Shown here: piece after piece, positions 8,750 through 17,776 of the stretch
How the letters are laid out: every line of letters starts with the position of its first letter
Numbering within the stretch: position 1 is the first letter of the stretch
Assembly (NCBI GenBank): GCA_046582655.1
Contig: JAYGDX010000201.1
Coordinates: forward strand, 1-64,000
Origin: Candidatus Poribacteria bacterium
GTDB lineage: Bacteria; Poribacteria; WGA-4E; UBA9662
Length of the DNA: 64,000 nt
Reading direction: 5' to 3'
The notes under the pieces: model-generated
Database searches by the model: none
The model's input: only the letters and a program-made list of their open reading frames with translations
What the model was told of the DNA's origin: nothing
Translations under genes and position numbers: made by a program

Positions 8750-10633
8750 ATGTCAAAATTTTACATTACGACACCAATTTATTATGCCAACGCTGAACCA
8801 CATATTGGTCATGCCTATACGACAATCGCCTGCGATGTGTTAGCGCGGTATAATCGTCTCAAGGGAAAGGAAGTTTTTTTTCTGACTGGTGTTGATGAAC
8901 ATGGCGAGAATATCCAAAAGGTTGCTGAGGAAAAAGGAATTTCGCCACAGGATTACTGTGATCAGATCCTACCCACGTTCACAAGTTTATGGGAAAAGTT
9001 AAATATTTCCCATAACTTTTTCATTCGGACAACAAGTGAGCTTCACAAAAAAGGTGTGGCTAAATTTTTGACTCGACTGCACCAAAGTGGTGATATCTAC
9101 AAAGGTAAATATGAAGGTTTTTACTGTCGAAGATGCGAAAGGTTTTTTACTGAAAAGGAACTTACCGATGATAGCCATTGTCCGATTCATAAACTGCCGG
9201 TTGATCTGGTTCAAGAAGACAATTACTTTTTTGCACTCTCAAAATATGAAGATCGGTTGATTGCGCATATTGAGGCCAATCCCAAGTTTATTCAACCTGA
9301 AACGCGTCGAAATGAGATTATGGGAGTACTGAAGGCTGGATTGAAAGATATCAGTATCTCCCGCTCGTCGGTGGAATGGGGGATTCCGTTGCCATTTGAT
9401 TCTAGCCAGAATATCTATGTCTGGGTTGAAGCGTTGTGCAATTATATTACCGCGCTTGACTACTGTGAAGATGGAGACCTATATCATAGATTTTGGCCGG
9501 CAAATGTGCACATGATGGCCAAGGAGATTATCCGTTTCCATGTTATCATCTGGCCGGCCATGCTTATGGCAGTTGAGCATCCTCTTCCAGAGCGTATCTT
9601 TGCTCACGGCTGGATGACCAAAGATGGAGAGAAAATCAGTAAAACCACCGGCAACGTTATTGATATAGATGGGCTAATCGACGACTTTGGTCTTGATCCG
9701 TTTCGTTATTTCTTCATGCGTGAATTTAGTTTCGGCAATGATGGGGATTATACGCAAGAACGTTTTGAAACACGGTATAATGCGGATCTGGCAAATGATC
9801 TCGGAAATCTCTTGAATCGGGCACTTGGCTTGCTGGGGAAAAATTTTGAGGCCTTACCTGCACCAACCAAGTCGGGTGAATTTGATGCTGAGATCAAGGA
9901 GATGGCAGTTCAATTGATTGGTCAGGTCGATCGTTTGATGGAATCTATTGCTTTTGATACCGCACTGGAAACCATCTTTGAATATGTTCGACGGATCAAT
10001 CGTTACATTCAGCAAACCGAAGTTTGGTCACTCAAAGATGACCTCGAACGAATGGGTACCATTCTCTATCATGCAATGGAAGGCTTACGTGTAGTATCGG
10101 TGTTGCTTTTACCATTTATGCCGGAAATTTCGGTTAGAATTTTTCAGCAACTGGGGCTTGGAGATTCCTCTCAGGATCTTGGTTCAATAGGTGAATGGGG
10201 TGGTTTGCCTCCTGGTCTCCCGATTCACAAACCGATACCCCTATTTCCGAAAAAAGACGCACCGTCCAAAAAGGAAACAGCAAAAGATCCTGGACCAGTA
10301 AATGAAAGCAATCTCATTACAATCGACAAAGTAAAGGAAACCGATTTACGTGTTTGTCAGATAATTGAAGCAGAGAAAGTAAAAGGTGCCGATAGACTGC
10401 TGAAATTAAGGGTGAATTTGGGGCAGGAGCAACGCCAGGTTATCGCTGGTATAGCCCAGAGTTATGAGCCTGAAGATTTAATCGGCAAACAGGTGATTTT
10501 AGTAGCCAATTTGACACCTGCAAGAATTCGCGGATTGGAATCGCAGGGGATGTTACTGGCTGCAGTCAACAAGAAGAATCTATCGCTTCTTACTTTGGAT
10601 AAGGCTATTCCTAACGGTGCGAAAGTTCAATAA
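8750..10633 (+). CDS. metG: Methionine--tRNA ligase with C-terminal tRNA-binding domain
   Basis: FYITTPIYY, PHIGH, LTGVDEHG, Zn knuckle CRRC..CPIH, KISKT (KMSKS), NADLANDLGNL, C-terminal ESQGMLL OB fold; GAGGAG RBS. Confidence 0.98.
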   Translation: MSKFYITTPIYYANAEPHIGHAYTTIACDVLARYNRLKGKEVFFLTGVDEHGENIQKVAEEKGISPQDYCDQILPTFTSLWEKLNISHNFFIRTTSELHKKGVAKFLTRLHQSGDIYKGKYEGFYCRRCERFFTEKELTDDSHCPIHKLPVDLVQEDNYFFALSKYEDRLIAHIEANPKFIQPETRRNEIMGVLKAGLKDISISRSSVEWGIPLPFDSSQNIYVWVEALCNYITALDYCEDGDLYHRFWPANVHMMAKEIIRFHVIIWPAMLMAVEHPLPERIFAHGWMTKDGEKISKTTGNVIDIDGLIDDFGLDPFRYFFMREFSFGNDGDYTQERFETRYNADLANDLGNLLNRALGLLGKNFEALPAPTKSGEFDAEIKEMAVQLIGQVDRLMESIAFDTALETIFEYVRRINRYIQQTEVWSLKDDLERMGTILYHAMEGLRVVSVLLLPFMPEISVRIFQQLGLGDSSQDLGSIGEWGGLPPGLPIHKPIPLFPKKDAPSKKETAKDPGPVNESNLITIDKVKETDLRVCQIIEAEKVKGADRLLKLRVNLGQEQRQVIAGIAQSYEPEDLIGKQVILVANLTPARIRGLESQGMLLAAVNKKNLSLLTLDKAIPNGAKVQ

Positions 10634-10642
10634 TCGATTGAT

Positions 10643-12202
10643 CTATATCATTTTCTGAACAGGAAAATCGAAATCGGCAACTTTCATAATACCCATCGCG
10701 TCGTCGACATACTCAGGACGCCGCATCCCGTTTAATACGACGGAAACACTTGGCGATGAAGAGACGAAATTCAGCGCTTTTTGTGACATTGTCAATTTTT
10801 TTTCATGTTCAGATAGATGTGGGTCTAAACGATCTTCAATGGGTTGGGTTTGCTGAAAATCGGCTTGATTGAATTTCAGCGTGATGAAGGACAGAATCTT
10901 TTCAACATCTTTGGCGTATTGATCGACTTGAGCGATTAATTTTTTCTGCTGTGCGTCGGATAATTTCTGCGTAGTGTTCTTAATCCAGTGATTAACCCGA
11001 GGAATCAAGTAGCGCTGTGCGATTTGTAACCAGTGGTCCCTGCCTTCTATTTGGTTGACGATGTTGTCCAAAAGAACCCCCATACTAAAAAATGGATCCT
11101 GATTCCTTTCGTCAGAATCATCTAGGTTACCCACGGACCTAAGCTGGGTTCGTAATTTGTCTTCCTGTTCACTAAGTATTTCAATGCTAGCTTTAACTTG
11201 AGCCGTATAATCAAATTGTGGTTCGTGCGGGTATCTAGCTAAACGGTACAGCCGATCTTCGGTAAAAGCGTTTAGTGGCCTATTGACCAGAACTCCGATG
11301 TTTATGGCTTTTGCCATTTCAAGAACAGTTAACGTTTCGTCTTCAAATTGATTGTTTTTTTCCAGTAAAGCACCCGTTTCCAGTAAATTATAGGGGAGTT
11401 GGATGACTTTGAAATGGCTAACGTTTGGGGCCCCATGGATAGTTTCAGCAGCTTTCAAAGCTTCTGCGTGAACTCGACTCAAGGAAACATGTTCGAAATC
11501 GTGTTGCGGTGCGACAAACGTGTTAGCAGAAACGCCAAAGAACTGGATCTTTTCTTCTTCAACAAAACGCTCCATTTGTACGAAAGCCTGAAAGATTCGT
11601 CGATAGAACTCATCCCGTAATTGTGATAGGAACTCCCGATTTCCTGTTTTTTTCGCTTCGGACAAAAAGTACTCCGGATTATGTAGAAGGTAAACATCTA
11701 TGGTACCAACTTGTAATCGATCCGCACTTTTTTGCCATTGATCAATCAGGAAGTCTGGATGAATGCAATGCCAACATCCATCAGTATATTTGACAATTTC
11801 AGGCCAAGGCTGATCCCTTTTCTCGAGTTTTATAGCTTGATCAAGATTATCCCCTTGGATGTAACCAGTTTTTGAAACCAGGATGATCTCATCACGTTCA
11901 ACTTCCCCCTGATTAATCATCTTAGTCAGCGCACTTCCAATCAAGCATTCACTCGCGCCATTTGTATAATTACTGGAAGTATCTATAATATTACAGCCAG
12001 AACGCATAGAATCTTCTAGCGACTCGATATGTTCATCCACCTGCTGATCGACACGATATGATCCATATCCCACTTTTGAAACCATCAAGTTTGTACCACC
12101 GAGACAACGATAAGAAGTTTGATTGTAGGTAGAGAATTCTTGCATCATACGGTTAACAAAACGTTGTGTTCCTTCTGCGGAGGCATTCCCTTTTTTTAAC
12201 AT
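10643..12202 (-). CDS. Aldo/keto reductase family protein with a large helical insert
   Basis: LGGTNLMVSKVGYGSYR, NIIDTSSNYTNGASECLIG, LVSKTGY, IDVYLLHNPE, IQLPYNLLE, VVLNGMRRPEYV. Confidence 0.88.
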   Translation of the reverse strand: MLKKGNASAEGTQRFVNRMMQEFSTYNQTSYRCLGGTNLMVSKVGYGSYRVDQQVDEHIESLEDSMRSGCNIIDTSSNYTNGASECLIGSALTKMINQGEVERDEIILVSKTGYIQGDNLDQAIKLEKRDQPWPEIVKYTDGCWHCIHPDFLIDQWQKSADRLQVGTIDVYLLHNPEYFLSEAKKTGNREFLSQLRDEFYRRIFQAFVQMERFVEEEKIQFFGVSANTFVAPQHDFEHVSLSRVHAEALKAAETIHGAPNVSHFKVIQLPYNLLETGALLEKNNQFEDETLTVLEMAKAINIGVLVNRPLNAFTEDRLYRLARYPHEPQFDYTAQVKASIEILSEQEDKLRTQLRSVGNLDDSDERNQDPFFSMGVLLDNIVNQIEGRDHWLQIAQRYLIPRVNHWIKNTTQKLSDAQQKKLIAQVDQYAKDVEKILSFITLKFNQADFQQTQPIEDRLDPHLSEHEKKLTMSQKALNFVSSSPSVSVVLNGMRRPEYVDDAMGIMKVADFDFPVQKMI

Positions 12203-12228
12203 CGTTCTTCTCTCGCTTCATCAGTTGC

Positions 12229-13626
12229 TTAAAATGGAAAATCAATTCGATGAAAAGTGTTAATTTCAAGAGTTGGGTAGCTTTTTCGCATTCCATTGGG
12301 CCATTGAATTTCGATTTCATCAACTTGGCTCAACTTTCCTAACCCAAAGTGAGCAACAGGTTCCATTTGTCCTAGATAACTACTGCCGGCATCAATATGT
12401 TTGATTTTTATTTGATTTTTTGCTCTTAGTCGTACAAGAGAACCTCTTGCTGGAGCGCCATATTGCGTCAGCGGCATAATGCGAATCCAGTTGTTGCAGT
12501 TGACGGATTTATAGAGTGATAATGCCTGCGGTTCCAGTTCACCATGAGAAACAAGTAACTCAAGAGTACCGTCACTGTCATAATCCCAAACTGCGGCACC
12601 GGTGCCATACCCGTTTGGCTCGGTTGCCGTGCCAAGTTCAACACGTCTCCATTCACCATCAATTCTCTTGAAAAGCCGATTGGGCTGATTGATGTTGTTA
12701 AAAAATATTTCATCATCTCCATCATTATCCAAATCAGCAGCAATAACTGTTCGAATTGCGGATGGTTCTGCCAGATTTGGTGGGGCCTGGTTGACGAATT
12801 TATCGTTAATCTTCACGAACATGCGGTGTGGACCGTTCCAGTTACCATAGACCAGATCTAAGACACCGTCCCCATTCACATCCAAGGCAGAAACTCCGCG
12901 GACGTCCTCATAAGTATCCTGAACACCAAATCTCTTTGCCATCTCGGTAAATTGACCGTTTCCCTGGTTGATAAACAGGTAATTTGCCCCCATTTCGTTG
13001 CCAGCAAAAAGATCTGTCTTATCTGAATGTATTGGAAAGGCGATTAAGCTTCTGCCACCAGTAACCATGTTCATTCCAAGTTCTGGAGCAATATCACGAA
13101 GATAGTTGTTATTATCCATCTCGTAATATTTCATTGGGGAAGCATAATTAGCAATAAAAAAACCATATTGTCCGTCTCCAGTACGATCAATACAGGCAAC
13201 AGATCTACCTGCCCCAACGTTCCTTATGTTTTTATGAATGCTAAGTTCAAAGAGATCGATGAACTTAGCATTTTCAAAACTGATTAATCGGTCGAAAAAC
13301 TGGTTTTCTCCTCCAAATGTGTCTGTATTGAGAAAATATATTTCTTCTTGGCCATCACCATCAATATCTCCTCCGGCTACGCCTATTGCGTTCATTTCTT
13401 CGTCACTGAGCAAACCAGTGGCAACATTTACTAGTTTTTCACCGTCACGTTTTAGGATTACATTTGGATATCCGAACCCCATCACCACGGCTTCAAATTC
13501 GTCGTCTGTATCAATGTCTATAATTGCGATTCCATAATTCAGTTGTTCTGAATTATCTTCAATCAAGTGTGTAATTTCGCGAAAAAACAGTTGAGAGGTT
13601 AAACGATGGGTACCATTAGCTCTCAC
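12229..13626 (-). CDS. CRTAC1-like protein (FG-GAP/VCBS repeats plus ASPIC/UnbV domain)
   Basis: Repeated DxDxDGxxD/E Ca-binding blades, GRSVACIDRTGDG, C-terminal IDAGSSYLGQMEPVAHFGLG...IQWPNG. Confidence 0.9.
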   Translation of the reverse strand: MRANGTHRLTSQLFFREITHLIEDNSEQLNYGIAIIDIDTDDEFEAVVMGFGYPNVILKRDGEKLVNVATGLLSDEEMNAIGVAGGDIDGDGQEEIYFLNTDTFGGENQFFDRLISFENAKFIDLFELSIHKNIRNVGAGRSVACIDRTGDGQYGFFIANYASPMKYYEMDNNNYLRDIAPELGMNMVTGGRSLIAFPIHSDKTDLFAGNEMGANYLFINQGNGQFTEMAKRFGVQDTYEDVRGVSALDVNGDGVLDLVYGNWNGPHRMFVKINDKFVNQAPPNLAEPSAIRTVIAADLDNDGDDEIFFNNINQPNRLFKRIDGEWRRVELGTATEPNGYGTGAAVWDYDSDGTLELLVSHGELEPQALSLYKSVNCNNWIRIMPLTQYGAPARGSLVRLRAKNQIKIKHIDAGSSYLGQMEPVAHFGLGKLSQVDEIEIQWPNGMRKSYPTLEINTFHRIDFPF

Positions 13627-13671
13627 TATGAGTCTCCAAGTATTATAGTCTGTGCCTCGTGCTTGTCTAGT

Positions 13672-14493
13672 CTAGGTTATGCTGACACAGAGAAACAATT
13701 CTTCCCGTTTCTCGTCTGTTAAATACGATCCGTACTCTGAAGTTTCAAAAGCTTCGGCGTATTGAATTTTTCCACCTTGTTGTTGACCATAAAGTTTGAT
13801 CAACAAATCGCGGTGTGTGTCAGCGATCCGCCTGAATCGGTCTAAGCGCTGTTGAGCAAGCCATTCGCGTCTGTCTATTGGATTTTCTGGAACTTGATCA
13901 AGTCTGCCGGCATTGTAGGGTAGCCATTCGTAAAATTGCGATTCATGGCAGTGCAACATATCAAGTTTCTGTTCGACCACATTATCAATGTTTATAGCCA
14001 CATCAGGTTGAAATGGACACGGCTTTGAGAAACGGTCATGAGTATACATGATTATTGGATTCTGGTCTAGATGACGGACGAAAGGACAGATATTGGGAAC
14101 TGTGACCATATAGGCAGCATCTTGGACTAGAATAGAGGTATAACGGTGGTCTGGATGATAATCATTGGGTCTGTGCGTCATAACCAGATCGGGTTGAAAC
14201 TGACGAATTAGTTCAATTGTTTGATATCGATTTTCAAGAGTTGGTTCAAGACGGCCATCACCATTATCCAATAGTTGGTATTCGATTCCTATAACCTCCG
14301 CAGCGGCTTGCGCTTCGGCATTACGTCGCTGTGCCAAAGACGCTCCCCCCATTTGGTGATGTCCTGCATCTCCATTGGTCATGGAAACGAATTTAACCTT
14401 GTGCCCATGCTTGGTGTATAATGCGGCCAGACCACCAGTCTGGATATCGCAGTCATCAGGGTGGGCTCCAAAAACTAAAAGCTTAAGTGACAT
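13672..14493 (-). CDS. PIG-L/LmbE family deacetylase
   Basis: VFGAHPDD, TNGDAG, RRNAEA, THRPNDYHPDH, CHESQF; GGAGAGG RBS. Confidence 0.93.
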   Translation of the reverse strand: MSLKLLVFGAHPDDCDIQTGGLAALYTKHGHKVKFVSMTNGDAGHHQMGGASLAQRRNAEAQAAAEVIGIEYQLLDNGDGRLEPTLENRYQTIELIRQFQPDLVMTHRPNDYHPDHRYTSILVQDAAYMVTVPNICPFVRHLDQNPIIMYTHDRFSKPCPFQPDVAINIDNVVEQKLDMLHCHESQFYEWLPYNAGRLDQVPENPIDRREWLAQQRLDRFRRIADTHRDLLIKLYGQQQGGKIQYAEAFETSEYGSYLTDEKREELFLCVSIT

Positions 14494-14749
14494 CTATCCA
14501 ACCTCTCCGTTCATTTCCTGTAACAACTAAGAATATCATCCTTTCAGTCATATCTCAACACATTTGTAGATATCCATGTAGGCAGATTAGCGTCTCCCAA
14601 AGTTAGGGCGTATTACTATAACTATAATGTTGTCTGGTATTTCTGTTTTTGCTATAATTCCAGCATCCGGTTGGGTAAGGAACTAGGATTTGATCAATAG
14701 TAAAGATATAACGGTGTAAATTATATCCGTTCTCGGTTTTACGTGTGTT

Positions 14750-15739
14750 ATGAAGGTTATTTTGCGAGTTTCTATTTTTGGGCTATTGCTTCCTATTGTA
14801 TTAATAGTTGGTTGCAGCAAGAAGGAAGACGAGAAGGTAAAGCAACCTGAGATAAAATACGACCAAACCATTATAAGTGACAAAGATGGTAGCCATATGA
14901 AGTATATTCCAGGTGGAGAGTTTGAGATGGGAGATTACCTTAGAGAAGGCAATAAAAACGAACTGCCGAAACATCAAGTCTACCTGCATTCATTCTACAT
15001 GGATATCGGCGAAGTAACAGTTGGTCAATACAGGAAATTTCTAGAAGAAAAATATAGTAATAACCTGGAAGATAGAGATAGCAGTGAATCAATTTTCTCT
15101 CAACCAGGTTGGGGGGAAATTGAGGGGTATTCTACAACGGATCAGCATCCAATGATATATGTGAGTTGGTACGATGCCATGCAGTATGCTACTTGGGCGG
15201 GAAAAAGGTTGCCAACCGAAGCCGAATGGGAATATGCAGCCCGTGGCGGCCAAATTGGCTTACGCTATCCGTGGGGCAACTATTTAGACATGACGTTGGC
15301 AAATTACGGGAGTGGTGTTGGAGGCACATCATCTCCTGGCGCCTATGCACCTAGACTCGCAGGGCCACCACCGTCTGGCGCACCTGCACCGAGAACACTG
15401 AAGGAGGATGATTTGGAAAAAAAGGCGGCCAGTTATGGGTTAAAGAACATGGCGGCAAATGTATCTGAGTGGTGCTTAGATGAATGGGATGCTGATTTCT
15501 ATCAGAAATGTAAAGATAATGAAGATGTTAGGAAGGGGCCTACCCGCAACCCATTTTCTGGAGGCAAAATTGTCGACATCATGAAGGGTTTTTCTGCTAT
15601 CACCACACCTCGTGTTTTACGAGGTGGTGCTTGGAATAGCTATAATTTTCGTGTGCGGGTTTCTTATCGAAATGGCGTTCCTCCAAAATTTACTAGCAAT
15701 AACGTAGGGTTCCGTTGTGTCAAGGATGCATTCCCTTGA
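14750..15739 (+). CDS. FGE-sulfatase (SUMF1) domain lipoprotein
   Basis: Lipobox IVGC; IPGGEFEMG, HP...VSWYDA, KRLPTEAEWEYAARGG, YPWG, VLRGGAW, VGFRCVKD. Confidence 0.9.
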   Translation: MKVILRVSIFGLLLPIVLIVGCSKKEDEKVKQPEIKYDQTIISDKDGSHMKYIPGGEFEMGDYLREGNKNELPKHQVYLHSFYMDIGEVTVGQYRKFLEEKYSNNLEDRDSSESIFSQPGWGEIEGYSTTDQHPMIYVSWYDAMQYATWAGKRLPTEAEWEYAARGGQIGLRYPWGNYLDMTLANYGSGVGGTSSPGAYAPRLAGPPPSGAPAPRTLKEDDLEKKAASYGLKNMAANVSEWCLDEWDADFYQKCKDNEDVRKGPTRNPFSGGKIVDIMKGFSAITTPRVLRGGAWNSYNFRVRVSYRNGVPPKFTSNNVGFRCVKDAFP

Positions 15740-15850
15740 TACTTGAGTCGCATTCTTTCACGTTGTTTATCCTTGTTCGTTGGTGAAGACCAAAAGGATA
15801 TTATCTTGATAAATTATACTTCGAATTGTGTGGAAAATGGGGATTCAATA

Positions 15851-16585
15851 ATGCCAGGAATACAGATTCCGTCCAATATTAAGAACCAATATCAAAATAA
15901 TGGATATGTCTTAATTAAGCAGCTGTTTTCAATGCAAGAGTGTGACAAATTGATCCAACGTTCGTTAGCATTGCATGCCAGAAAGTCAGTTCCAGGATGC
16001 TTCCACAGCGTACTGGAATCGGAATCGGATGGCGATCCACTCCGAACCTATCCGCGGATGATGCATCCCCATCGTGTCGATGATCTCTCTCTTCATTTTC
16101 TGAAACATCCGCGAATTGTCGAGGTTCTTCGGGTTCTACTGGGTAGTGAGGCAATCGGACTGCAAACAATGTTCTACTGGAAACCACCTGGTGCACGGGG
16201 GCAGGACTTCCATCAAGATGACTATTACCTTCGGACAGAACCGAATGCCTGTATCGCTGCCTGGATGGCCTTGGATTATATTGATGAAGAAAATGGGGGG
16301 TTGGTTGTGTTACCAGGATCGAACGCTGAGGACATTCTGTCAATGGGCCCGATAGACACCAGCCGATCTTTCACCGATACTGCGGTTCAACCACCTGATC
16401 AGTATGCCGAACATCTGGTTGAAATGGAGAAAGGAGACTTACTCTTCTTTCATGGACGATTAATTCATGGATCAAGACCGAATCGTTCAAGTACACGATT
16501 CCGAAAAGCCTTCATCTGTCACTATATTCCGGCGGATTCAACCAGTTATAATACTGGTTATGATCCAATAGTTCCCTTGAATTGA
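15851..16585 (+). CDS. Phytanoyl-CoA dioxygenase (PhyH) family protein
   Basis: KPPGARGQDFHQD (HxD), AWMALD..DEENGGL.VLPGS, GDLLFFHGRLIHGSRPNRS..FR. Confidence 0.92.
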   Translation: MPGIQIPSNIKNQYQNNGYVLIKQLFSMQECDKLIQRSLALHARKSVPGCFHSVLESESDGDPLRTYPRMMHPHRVDDLSLHFLKHPRIVEVLRVLLGSEAIGLQTMFYWKPPGARGQDFHQDDYYLRTEPNACIAAWMALDYIDEENGGLVVLPGSNAEDILSMGPIDTSRSFTDTAVQPPDQYAEHLVEMEKGDLLFFHGRLIHGSRPNRSSTRFRKAFICHYIPADSTSYNTGYDPIVPLN

Positions 16586-16633
16586 GGGCTGTTACCAGCC
16601 TTTAAAATGAAGACAAATATTTGGAGTAAAACA

Positions 16634-17776
16634 ATGAATGGAAATACCTATCGAGTGGCTATTCTAGGGTGTCGGGGAAGAGGGCAAGCTGCTGCTTTAG
16701 CATATTATGATCATCCTCGTACTAAAATTGTTGGTCTGTGTGATCTGATTGAGGACCGTTTAGATACGCTTGGCCAGCAGGTTGATGTTAATGGACGCTT
16801 TACAGATTTAAATGAGATGATTGATCAAACGTCACCCGATATCGTCGCTATCCCAACTGGAACCGAATTTCATTATGGTCTATGTATGCATGTGTTGGAA
16901 CATGGCGTCCATATTGAAGTTGAAAAACCGATGTGTATTGACTTGGTTCAAGCCGATGATGTTATCTCGAAAGCAGAATTTCAAGGCAGCAAAGTGGCTG
17001 TGCATCATCAAGGTCGGGTGAGTCCGGCCATGCAGGCGATACAACATGCCGTCGATGAAGGGAAGATTGGTAAAATACGCTACATATACGGTAGCGGCAA
17101 GGGATATTACGGTGGATACGGTCTGATGAATATCGGTACACATATGATCAACAATATGCTCAGATTTGGAGGTGTCTGTCGAAGCGTCGTCGCTCAGGCG
17201 ACAACAAAAGGTCAACCGATCACTCCGCAAAATGTGGTTCCATCGCCGAGTGGTATGGGAACAATCGCGTGTGAACATCTTACCGCCACTCTTCAATTTG
17301 ATGATGATGTCACTGCGACATTACTGCAGCATCGGTTCGATAGAATGGATACTTCTGCTTATGTAATGGAGATATACGGCAGCGAAGGACGTCTTTTTTG
17401 GAAGGGAAGTAGCGCATGGTGGCTACCGCAGCCGCACTATCTGCCAAATGGTCAACAATGGGAAGATCTCGATCTTATATTTCCAGATCACTATAAATCA
17501 GAAAACCGATCAGATCCGGAGGATTATTGTTTTGTTGATGATTATGTTCGCGCACTTGATAAAGATGATGAACACGAATGCAGTGGTTATCAAGGTCGGC
17601 ATGTACTCGAAGTTATGATGGGGATTTTTGAATCAGCGGCTTATAGAAGGCGGGTTGACCTCCCACAAACAGATCGGGGACATCCGTTGTTGCGTTGGCG
17701 TTCTGAAGCTGGCTTAGGGGATTTGGAACCACTGCCGCGTGATTATGGAAATTGGTTGTCGACTCAAGTTGATTAA
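16634..17776 (+). CDS. Gfo/Idh/MocA family oxidoreductase
   Basis: YRVAILGCRGRG, PDIVAI, HIEVEKP, GLMNIGTH, EIYGSEG; GGAG RBS before ATG 16634. Confidence 0.9.
   Translation: MNGNTYRVAILGCRGRGQAAALAYYDHPRTKIVGLCDLIEDRLDTLGQQVDVNGRFTDLNEMIDQTSPDIVAIPTGTEFHYGLCMHVLEHGVHIEVEKPMCIDLVQADDVISKAEFQGSKVAVHHQGRVSPAMQAIQHAVDEGKIGKIRYIYGSGKGYYGGYGLMNIGTHMINNMLRFGGVCRSVVAQATTKGQPITPQNVVPSPSGMGTIACEHLTATLQFDDDVTATLLQHRFDRMDTSAYVMEIYGSEGRLFWKGSSAWWLPQPHYLPNGQQWEDLDLIFPDHYKSENRSDPEDYCFVDDYVRALDKDDEHECSGYQGRHVLEVMMGIFESAAYRRRVDLPQTDRGHPLLRWRSEAGLGDLEPLPRDYGNWLSTQVD

Noticed and set aside
5711..17776. Two convergent gene pairs sharing a TTAA stop overlap (5711-5714 and 17773-17776) as insertion target sites
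   Set aside because: Overlapping TAA stops are a common result of tight packing; there is no transposase or terminal repeat, and metG lies between the two sites
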